Assembly (NCBI RefSeq): GCF_036971445.1
Contig: NC_091477.1
Coordinates: forward strand, 14,508,001 to 14,572,000
Direction of reading: 5' to 3'
From: Narcine bancroftii
Taxonomy: Eukaryota
DNA: 64,000 bases
The position numbers and the translations under genes were made by a program. The notes beneath the pieces were generated by a model. It had not been told where the DNA came from and did no database searches. It was given only the letters and a program-made list of their open reading frames with translations. Positions 13,711-24,149 of this stretch are shown in pieces (position 1 is the stretch's first letter; each line of letters starts with the position of its first letter).

Positions 13711-14035
13711 ATCAGATTCAGATTTATTGTCAAGAGTACATAAAGTCTTGAGAATCTTTTTCCAGAAGTACCGCTTATCGGTTGCCCAAAAAGGAATTGC
13801 ACAGAGTGTGTGCACGTGAACAAATGTAAACGACTGACTAGTTTTTCTGCTGTTGGTATTGCAAAGTGTAAAAACTAATAGTCCTCAAGTGTGTCCCTGA
13901 GGAATTGGATGGTGGAAGGGTAGGAGAGCTATTCTTGAAACTGGTGGTGTGAGTCTTGTGACACCAATACCACTTTCTTGATGGTCGCGAGAATAGAGCA
14001 TGTGCTGGGTGGTGTGGATCCTTGATGATTGCTTC
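13711..14035 (-). mobile_element. Rex1-type LINE 3' end
   Basis: AIIKDPHHPAHALFS and FKNS relics on minus; tail atcagattcagatttattgtca. Confidence 0.7.
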
Positions 14036-14159
14036 TGTAATCCTAAAAAGAATGTTTAACAGTTGGGAACACCTCAGCCCAATTTGCATTTTGTCAACAA
14101 TTACAGACAAATTATAGAGTTGATGTAGACTCGACTACACCATCTGTCATACTTTCCAA

Positions 14160-14500
14160 GCCAAGGTAGTGTGCCATTAAAATCTTGAAAAATAGTGATG
14201 TAGTAAATAACGGGAAACAGCTTCCAGTGGCAAAGTCATCAGTGACTAGTGAACACAGATTTGAGGCAATTAGTGAAAGATTCAGGTGAGGTGAGAACTC
14301 TTTGATGCTCAACAAATGCACTCATTGAAGAGAAGGTGGAATTAGATTCAGAATTCACTTTTAAATGAGAATTGGAAAAATCCTCGAGGGGGGGAAAATA
14401 TGGAGGGGTTATGGACAATTCATAGAAAAATACTTTTGTTTGTCAATGAGCAGTGTTGGCTCAAGAATGGTGAAATGAATGTTCTGTGTCTGGGCCAGAC
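14160..14500 (+). mobile_element. Decayed CR1 3' end
   Basis: gggaaacagcttccagtggcaaagtcatcagtgactagtgaacacagatttgagg...ggaggggttatggac. Confidence 0.55.
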
Positions 14501-16429
14501 TTTTCTGTAATGAGATCATTACAAATTACTTTTATGCACCTTGTAGCTTCCACTAAGAAACACATTGGTTTAGAATTTCTTCAGAATCACTTTGGCTTGG
14601 AATTTATTTTTCTGAAATGAAAGACTTTCATGACAAGAAAAGAAAATATTGTCTACTATTTCCTGGTGATGAATTTTAAAGCCCAGTGTTACCACGGCAA
14701 CACATGTACTTGTTGAGGCAGGTGGAAGTGCAATTTGACAGCGAGCCCATTAGGCCAAGGTCAACAGCAAAGTAATCCTATTGCCATTGGCCCAGAGTGC
14801 TTGTGATAAAGCCATTTACTCCCTCTCTCTTGGGCCCTGCTTTCTAACTGTGCCTCTGAATCACAACAATGTCTGGGCCTGCTGATGTCCCTCTGAGTCT
14901 GGTTCAGATTCAAGATAAAGTGGATCCCACGTGGAGACATAATATGCATTTGGATTGGGCATCTTTGATAGTTTTGACACATGTACTGTGTATGGCACCT
15001 CTAATTCCTTTTGATGAAGTTGACAGTCTAGACAGCATATATTTACTTACCAAAGAAAAGATTTTGAAGTGTAGACAGCCAGCTCATTTGGGAACCAACA
15101 CATTAATTAGATATATTTAAAACACATTTACCTGTGGCAGTGAGTTCCAGTGGTGATGGCAATTGAATTCAATGGGAGTGAAAAGCAGATAGCGAAGCAA
15201 GGTTTCAACTTTTTTTCAATTGTGTATCAATGTTTAAACAGCTATTATTTTTCCTAATTTATCTACTGTCATTTAAAGTGCCATTATAATATGAGGTCTT
15301 TGATTGTAGACCACATGCTGTCAACTTTTACATTGTTGCTTGGCACGTCTCCTTGCCTGTGTGCGATATTTCAATTTTAACTCATTTTTAAAACAGTTGT
15401 TAAATTCACAATTGTCAGTGCTTAAAAATGTTTTAATTATTTTATTCCTGGCATATGAAATTCTAAACATTGCTGCCTAAAAGTTGGTATGAAAAGAGTT
15501 GTTTCACTGTCTGTGAATTCAAGAATTTCATTTTTTTGCTTTCAATATTGGCCAAAGGGTTTTCTATTTTTCTCCTCTCTTTTGGATAATTGATAGCCTG
15601 TATTCTTCTGTCAGTGCCTTTTAATCCATCGCCATCTCAAATGTAATGAAGTATTGAACTTTCATCCACTAGATTGCCTGCTTGATTTGGAAAAGGGGGA
15701 AAAAAATGAATGCACACCCCTCTTCAATCTCCAAGTTATTTACATTAGAATGAGTACAGAAACGTATCATTTTGTACCTTAATGTGATAAAGAAATGTAT
15801 AGATTTTAAATGATTTTTAAAGTAACTTGATAGAAAGTTTTGGGAATGAGGTTTTGCCAGCTGAATACAAATAAAAACATTCTAGGCAGCTTCATAAGAA
15901 TAAATTGATGATATTTGCAGGCAACTTGGATGGATCCTGAAAATGTCTATGCATTGTACGCCTGAGGGAAGGGAGCATATCACAATAGATGAGAAAGAAA
16001 CAGAGTCTTAACAAGTTGATCATTTCACAAGTTAGCTCTGTGCCAATCTGATTTTTGCAGCAATTCTGTCCCATAATTAGCCATCTTGCGCTTTCGATAG
16101 GAAAAGCTATCCGAGGGATTGAGCTGGGAAAACAGGAGACAGTACTCAAATAGCTCTAAACAAAGGGTACATTTCAAGATATAGCCAGGCAATATCTGTG
16201 CCTGCTGGGGAAAAAGCTGCATACACCAGGATCTAAAAAGAATGAAGATAATCACCCAATATATTTTAAAAAAAAAAATACGGGGATAGAACTGAATGCA
16301 ACAATCACAGAAGAAAATCTCTGTTTGGTGTGGAAGACGAAATAGTTTCAAGAATCCTGCTGAGCAATCCCCCAAGTCCTTGCTGAAAGTCTGCCTGAAG
16401 GACTAATTTTCCCAGTTGACATATTCTTT

Positions 16430-16680
16430 ACACACAATGCTGGGAAAACTCTGCAGGTCAAACCGTGTACTTTATATAGCACCGATAAAGATTCATCACC
16501 AGTTCTTGAGTTCTTCATCAAGGTATGGATAAAATGTGGCCAGGTGCCCAAATAATCTCTATCTTAACTTTTTATTTTATCTTTTAAAGTTTATTTTTAA
16601 CTTTATTGTTGCTATTTTGTTTGACCTGCTGAGTTTCTCCAGCATTGTTTTTACTTCAACTGCAGATTTGTGTTTCACCT
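16430..16680. mobile_element. Penelope-derived foldback element
   Basis: Inverted arms acaatgctgggaaaactctgcaggtcaaac / gtttgacctgctgagtttctccagcattgt. Confidence 0.65.
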
Positions 16681-17954
16681 TCTTCTTTTAACCTGATCAG
16701 CACATCTCCATGTTGCATTTGCTTTCCATGAAAAATCTTGAATATGATCAGTAGGAATGGCACCTGCAAGAATGTATCAAGAGTAGATAATGGCTCTGCT
16801 CTTAGAATTGCTGCTCTATGGTTCATGAGACATGGTAATTAGAAGGACATCAATTCAGAACTCCGATTCAGTTTAAATGTACAGAGGTTGGAACTCTGTA
16901 TAGTCGGATTCATATTTATCCTGAAGCCAATGGCTGACAATCTCCTTTGAGTCAAACTGGGCCTTCCACGACCTGCACAATGATGGCATTTATAATTGGG
17001 CCTGATGTCATCATCTCTTTCTTTAGTGCTGTCAAACATGTTCAATTTTAATGACCCCTTCAATTCTGACCTTTCTTGTTGTATGTGCAGTTTGCATGCT
17101 CTTCTTGTCAAGTTTATCATCCTCTGATTGGAGAATGCTGTTTCATCAGGTTGTGCAATCTTGGTCTAAAACATGCACAAACACAACTAGACATAACACA
17201 CATACTGACAACTCTATATATAAAACAAACATAAATAAATAGATAGATAGATTTATGTGTGTGTGTGTACACACACGAGAAGTATTCATATAAAAAATAG
17301 ACAAGTATTCATATAAAAAAATAAATATTACTGTACGAGTCTCAGATGGTGACTGTAAGCAATTCAATGGGAAAAATCTGCTCCAAAGCCTGGTGGTGCT
17401 GGCTCTTATACTCCTGTATCTCTTCCTCTATGGGAACATCTGAACAATACTCTCTGCAGGATGGGAGAGGTCCTCCATTGGTTCTGCCCGCCCAACTAGT
17501 ATTCCAGTTTCTTCCCACATCACACTTGTGAGTTAGTCGATTAACTGGCCACTATAACGTATGCTGGTCAGCAACAGAATCTGGATGAAGTGGTGGCCTA
17601 AATCATTAACCATCTATTGCCTTGGATGCTTTTTAACCTGCAGAATTCTTCCAACATCTTGTGTGAGACTCCAGTTATCCAGTATCTTCCACTGCCCTTG
17701 TTTACCTTTAGTAGAATCAGAGTATATTTGCAGCGAATGTGAAGGAAAATAAAATAGAATTAGTGTAGCTGGGTGCTCAAAGGTTGACAAGGCTTGGATG
17801 GAGTGAATGTCATATTCACCTATGGTTTCACTCAATAACTCAAAAAGGTGCTAGTTAAATATCAGAAAAGAAAATGGAAATAATCATCAAATGTGTATGA
17901 GTTGATACTGGTACCAAGCAAGACAGTTTTGGCATGATCTCTTTCATTTAAAAA

Positions 17955-18165
17955 AAAATATTAGACAGGCCCTTCCAGTTGATGAGTACTTGCTGCCCAA
18001 ATACTTCAATTAACCTACAACCCTCAAACATTTTGAAGGGTGGGAGGAAATCTATCCACACGGAGTACAGACAAGCTTCTTACAGACAGCGTCAGATCTT
18101 AACCCGGGTCACTGCTGTTGTTGTAATAGTGTTGTGCCAACTGCATTGCTAATCCTGCCACTCTT
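17955..18165 (-). mobile_element. HE1/V-SINE-like SINE
   Basis: gtgggaggaaa...cttacagacagcgtcagatcttaacccgggtcactg; similar copies at about 43600-43895 (+) and 46415-46570 (-). Confidence 0.7.
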
Positions 18166-18658
18166 CTCAAGTATGCTTCACTGAATGATCAATTTAATCT
18201 CATTGTGTTGCTCAATGTCAAATTGTTTCAGAACTTTACCTCATTAGGCTCCTGATCTGGGTTAATCCCTCTATTTGCATGTAGACATGCAGCACCTGTG
18301 GAAAATGTTTCCACAAACCAGTCAACCTTGCGACTTGAGAGCCAAAATTGGTTAACTTCCTTTACTGTCCCTGCTTTTATTTGGACAGACTTTAAATATG
18401 CCAAAAATACAAAATATTTCTGGAGCTTAAATCCATTTTCATTTCCTAATGTATGGACCAACAACTTAATTGAGAATGAATTTTACCCATTGATACAGAT
18501 TGATATAAAATCAAGAATATTTAAAAACATTCATTGCTTTGTCCTTCTAATAATGATGCTGAGTTTATTATATACATTGCATGTACAGAATACACTGTAC
18601 ACCAAAATTCTTAATTGTTGCAGCTAGACAGGTACTTACTGGAAATAAAACAATATAC

Positions 18659-18943
18659 TGTAGCAGTGCTAAAACCCGAGCTGCTGAAGTGAATGCTGTG
18701 CACACCAAGCAAGTAAACCAGTAACCTCCGTTTATTCAAGCCACACACATTCCTTTTTGGGGGAGGCGGCAGGCTCACGGGAGTGATGTGGTAATGGTGC
18801 TGTGAAGCTGGCCATTTTTCTGGCAACGCACTCCTGCAGCCTGGAACTTCTGCATGGTGGGGGGAAAGCCCCTGTGCCCTGCTGCGCTGGCTGTCCGCTA
18901 CGGTGATTTGCCCTGTCATGTGAAGTTGACCGGGCCCGCTACA
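18659..18943 (-). mobile_element. Solo LTR (Gypsy-like)
   Basis: TGTAGC...GCTACA inverted termini, exact 4-bp TSD ATAC (18655-18658 / 18944-18947), AATAAA on minus at 18731-18736. Confidence 0.85.
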
Positions 18944-18984
18944 ATACATTAAACAAATAAATATTCACAGTTACCTGAGTGCAA

Positions 18985-19480
18985 GAGAAAGAAAATATTG
19001 GTAATAATAGTCCAGATAGTTCTTCTTGTGGTACGGGAGTAGTTTATTATCATCGTGGTTCAGGAAAGGATCAAGATATCTGTTGGAAAATAATTGTTGA
19101 AATGAGAAGTGTTGGTCTTTAGGCTTCTGTAAATTCTTCCTGAAGATAGCAGTGAGAAGAGGGTGTGACCAGGGTGACAAGGGTCCTTTATGATGTTGAC
19201 TGCCTTCCTCGGGCAGCATCTCACATCGAAGACTGCAGTGGCTGGGAGGCAGGAAGCTGATAATGTTCATTACCTTCTGTGTGCCAAGGCATTTGCATTA
19301 TCAAACCAGGCTCTGATGCAACCATTCTGTCTACTTTCCAAGTGCACCTGTCGAAGTTTGGCAGAATGCTTAGTAACCTGCAGAATCTCGCCGATTTCAT
19401 AGAAGTGTTGATGTTCTGGCTCCCGGAGAGGTCTTCAGATATATATACCCCCAAGAACTTGAAGGTATTAACCCTCTTCT
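18985..19480 (-). mobile_element. Rex1-type LINE fragment
   Basis: Minus ORF KRVNTFKFLGVYISEDLS plus downstream 3' relics. Confidence 0.75.
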
Positions 19481-19521
19481 TCACATTCCATCAGAATAGT
19501 TGCCACCTTGGTCATTGATAG

Positions 19522-20107
19522 CACTGGACAATTTCTGCATATTTTGGATGTATTTAATGGATTTTGGGCGGCTGATCATTAAAATCACATTTAAAAAATT
19601 TTTATGTCATGTACCACTTTTTTAAAGATGCAACCTATTTTGTAATTTCCTGTCGTATTTTAAAATGCTTCAAGCATATATAACCATGAAATCATTGAAA
19701 ATTCATTTTCTGCATTTGCACTTGGCCTTATTCCCCGCTGATTTTGGTGCAGTTAATGAAGAACATGGTGAAAGGTTTCACCAGGTCATTGCGACCATGG
19801 AAAAGCAGTATAAGAGCAACTGGAATCCATCAATGCCAGCCGACTATTGTTGGACCCTGATTTGAGAGGCATCAGATGCTGAGCACAAATGAAAATCTGT
19901 GGCAAAACATTTTTAGGTCAGTTGAACTAATGCGATGTGTCAGGATCCAGAATTCAATAAAAGTTAAATGTAATGTTTCTCCAATTTCCGATTATGTAGC
20001 AAATCTGAAATTATCTTTGTATTCAGCTTGAATTTGTCTATCATAATCCACAACTTTATTTCAAGAAGCAATTTTTTTTTTGGGGGGGAGGGGAATGTTG
20101 TCCAGTT
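19522..20107 (+). mobile_element. Chapaev3 (CMC)-type DNA transposon, internally deleted
   Basis: TIRs CACTGGACAA / TTGTCCAGT(T); transposase C-terminal relic HFLHLHLALFPADFGAVNEEHGERFHQ...ADYCWTL (19665-19865). Confidence 0.7.
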
Positions 20108-21615
20108 CAATTCCAAATTTTCTACAATTTAGAAAATCTACCACAGATGTTGTATTAGAGTTTAATATTGTGAATGTTGGCAGGAGGTTTCAAAATAACT
20201 GATGGTGCAGTGAATGCTCCGACAAGTAAGAATAAATTTTGCCTAATGATACCCCAAAAGTTTCACAACTGGTGATTAAAAATGTGCTAGTTATACTTGT
20301 GATACAAAATGGACAATTGGAAACCCAAACTTCCTGGAAAATATTTGTAAAATGGACTTCTTCATAAAAGAAAAATGGAGCAAAGACTTGCAGTAACAGA
20401 CAAAGGTGATAAAATGTAATAGAATATTTTTTTCTGGCATCTTTTGTGCAGTTTAATCTCTCAATATGCTAAATAGATTTAAAAAAAAATGAAGTGTAAA
20501 CTGAAAACGAACAAACATTCAGGAATGCCTTAAAAGTGAGCGATGGAGGAGAAGGTAGATTAGAAATGGAATGTTGAAAAATACACATTCATGGTAAACT
20601 TGCCCGTGATGATTCAGTGAGATGCCTTTCAGCAAAGTTGATTGTGATGTTTGAAAAGACGCTCAATAAACTGTCAAAAATTATCAATGTTTAGGTATTG
20701 AGCAATCACTTTACATTTTTATTTTTATTTTTAATGCTATAATACCACATTGCCTTAAATAGTACTGAAGCATTGAAAAGTGAAAATATGGATGTTTTTG
20801 TATTTATCTCTTTAAGAAGCATTGAACGAATTCTGATGCTGATTAGAAATCCAATAGACATCTTGATTTCATCCAATCAGGTGGTTTGTAGAAAAGGGAT
20901 TTCAGTTGCAACATGTGAAGTTGGGGACATAGACAAGTTAATTAGATATGGTAATCATTTGCATATAATTCTGAAATCAGAGCTGAAGTTTCTGTGTTCA
21001 GACTCCATGACCACCTGGGGCAGGTTTGGAACATTATAGATTCTGACTTGGAGACTGGAATATTTAAACTCAAGTCAGAGTCTCAGTCTTTCCTGAGACT
21101 CAAAACCGTGTCTGATGTGACCAATCTGATGATGGATTTTACCATCATCATTTATTTCATTTGGATGACCCAATTTACATTTTCAGTCTATTATTCTGGG
21201 ATTTTTTTTGTTTAAATCACTTACAAAAGAATATTGAGTCTAACTGCAATGTAGAGAAAGTGCTTACATTAAAAAAAAATAGATTGAGAGTGCTAAGGTT
21301 TAAAAGGTGAAGAGAGGTTAACATGAAAAGCTGAACTAGTCTATTTTTTATAAGAAAACAACAAAAGCTTGGAAGTACATCTTCTACTCTGGTCTGAGTT
21401 ACACAGAGTGGGAAGCTCTTGTTCACCTCTCTGGTCTCTGCAGAAATGGTTACCTTTAGATGTCCTTGAATTGAGAAACTAGATAAACAACACTGGTCTG
21501 TTCCAGCTTCATTCAGGACACCCATCACAGTCACAACTATCTTCACGGTCACATCACTGGTCACAACTACCTTCATGAAGAAAGTACTGAAGCCTGAAGA
21601 TCAAAATCTCAAGGT

Positions 21616-21939
21616 CTGTGGTTCTCAACATTTTTCCACTCATATACCAATTTCAATCATTGCTATGCCATAGGTGTTCTGTGATTAGTAAGGGATTGCT
21701 TAGGGTGGTATGTGGGTGGAAAGAAAAAGTTTGAAAACCACTGTTTTAATTGTACCTAATTGACTCATTATGTGCATGGATCCATAACTCCAAAGGAAAT
21801 GGGTCAATTACCATTTTTCTCAAGCAAAATATTTCAATAATATTACACCTTAAGCAATCCCTTACTAATCATAGAGCACCGATGGCCTAGGGATTACCTC
21901 AAGTGTATGTGAGTGGAAAGAAAAGTTTGACAACATCTG
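21616..21939. mobile_element. hAT (Charlie-type) MITE inserted in a Rex1 3' fragment
   Basis: Termini C(T)GTGGTTCTCAAC / tttgacaacatctg; 8-bp TSD ctcaaggt / ctctaggt; the host LINE sequence resumes after it. Confidence 0.8.
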
Positions 21940-22146
21940 CTCTAGGTTCAAGAACAGATATTCGGTTCTTGAATCCCCTTGTTTCTAATCATGGATACCT
22001 CAACACCACACTAATGTCAAACCTATTGGAAAGTCATTTTGTTTTCTTGCACTGAAATTACTGTGAATATTTTCTATTTTTGTATTTATTGTATCACTTT
22101 GGTTCAATTAAGTATACTGTATGTTTTTGTAGTTTTTCATGAAGTA

Positions 22147-23984
22147 CTGTATATTTCAGTGTGTGTCAAGTCATGAAACCTCAAAAAAAAAAGGGAGTCA
22201 ACTTGTCTGTTAAATAGATCTTTGGGACATTAAATTCAGCTCAAACTCCAATCTGTGCAGATTCTGCATACAAGTCAACCCTTAAAAATCTAATTTTTGG
22301 CCTATGTCAACTTGTGGAAAACCAAAAAAAAAACTGACTAAAACAGATTTTCTTTGAATTTTTTAAATTTAAAAACAACACAATTAAAACCCTTCAAAAT
22401 CATTCTCGATCTCATCATCTGAAGCAAAGATGGTGGCAAGCGCATCCATGCTCTCACTGTTTAAACAGTTATTATGAGCTCCAATCTGGATATGAGGCAG
22501 TTTCAGCTTCATCGTCATTGTCCCACAATAAATCATCTTCCGTGCCATCAATTGCACAAGAGATACCACACTTTTTAAGCCATTTTATCACAGTCTCAAC
22601 TTTAACTTTATTCCATTCCTTGAACATGAAGTTGCACAGCATATCAAGTGATGGCAGCATGGATTGTCCTGCCTTTTGTAAACTCTTTTTCTGTACTCGA
22701 CACACATGTATTCCATTCTTCGCACACATGGTCTTTGAATGACTTAGTCTAAGAAGACATCGAGGTTGCAATATAGATGTCAATCAACCTAGAATAACTG
22801 CCACGTAAGTGTTGTGTAGGGCTAATCCACTTTTGGTGTTCTCAGTTAAGTGGCTACGAAACGTATCCCAGACCAGCAAACTCGCTCATTGCGTAAACTG
22901 CCTGGCCGCCTGTTCCAAACATTGTCTAGCCATAGTTTAAGACTATTTTCATCTATCCATCCATCCATTTTTCATGAAAATGTATAAAAAATACCTTCAT
23001 GGAATTTCATTTTTGCTTTAATTTTGCGTTTGAAGATTACCATGGATCTTAACTTTGTTCTGTTGGCCATGCACAATAACACTATAGTAAACCTGGTCCT
23101 TTCATAGGCAGTACTTGTTTGCACAGTTTTAACACCATTCCCATTCCATTGTTCTATTGCCTAGCATGTCAAAATTCATGGGTGTTTTGTCCATGTTTCT
23201 GATATTTGCCAATGCAAACTGATGTTTCTGAAACTGATGAAAATTCGCAACTTCAAGATGAAGATCTTTTAATAGTTTCTGTGCAATTTTTGTTTTGGCA
23301 TAATACTATATTTTTCCTATTCATGAAACAATTGCACCAGCCTACTGTAGACTCAAAATTATCAGTGAGGTCTGGGTGCGACTTGGCCTACTGCAGTGCA
23401 AATGTTCTGATTTTATTTCGGATGATTATGTAGCAATATTGCCTCTGTTCACATTCATTCTGTAATGTGATTTTTTTTTTCTTCCCTGCCCCCCCCCCCA
23501 AAAAAAAATCTGGATAACAAGTGATTTCTCAAAGAACATTGCTTTTTTCTGGTATTTTCCTTGGTCTCTTCTTTCTTCCTCCATTCCCTTCCCAACTTCC
23601 CATCCACATCAAATTTTCTTCCAGCAACCCAGTTGTTGGTTTTCTTGGCCATTCCTATCACTTTCACCATAAAGCTCGCTTCATATTTTCATCACTTGCT
23701 GCATTGTGTCGATGAACCCTCCATGATAGCAATCAACTCACGCCAAAATCCATCAGATCAATCTGCACAATCTATGGTGATCAATGTATACTCCAGTCAA
23801 TGGCCCATCTCCAGAATCGTGAGGTTTGGGGAGGGGGGTCAACTTGTATGCCAGTCAATGTGGCACCTCAAGCAGCCAGAGAATGGGGGTTGATGTATGC
23901 CACATATGCCATAAAACCCTTAAAATGAGGTTTTAAAAAGAGGGGTTGACATACGCTGGTCGACTTGTACACCAAAATATATGG
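22147..23984 (-). mobile_element. pogo/Tigger-family DNA transposon, near full length, transposase pseudogenised
   Basis: Brinker-type DBD relic (AGRKFDVDGKLGREWRK); DDE_1 motifs NMDKTPMNFDM, GWMDEN, LLVWDTFRSHLTE; acidic C-terminus ending FEGF; decayed TIRs ctgtatatttcagtgt / acaccaaaatatatgg with TA at the left end. Confidence 0.85.
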
Positions 23985-24149
23985 TTTTTAGAGAGGGTGC
24001 AAAGATTTGCCTACGTTCGTAAAAATGTCTTGTGTCTTTGGAGTTCTGAAGAATGAGAGGAAACTTAATGGTGGTTTCTCTAAGATGACATGGCCAATGC
24101 CAGAGAGCATCTGCTTAAGGTTTTGGGGAGATAGTGGAGGTCTTTTTTT

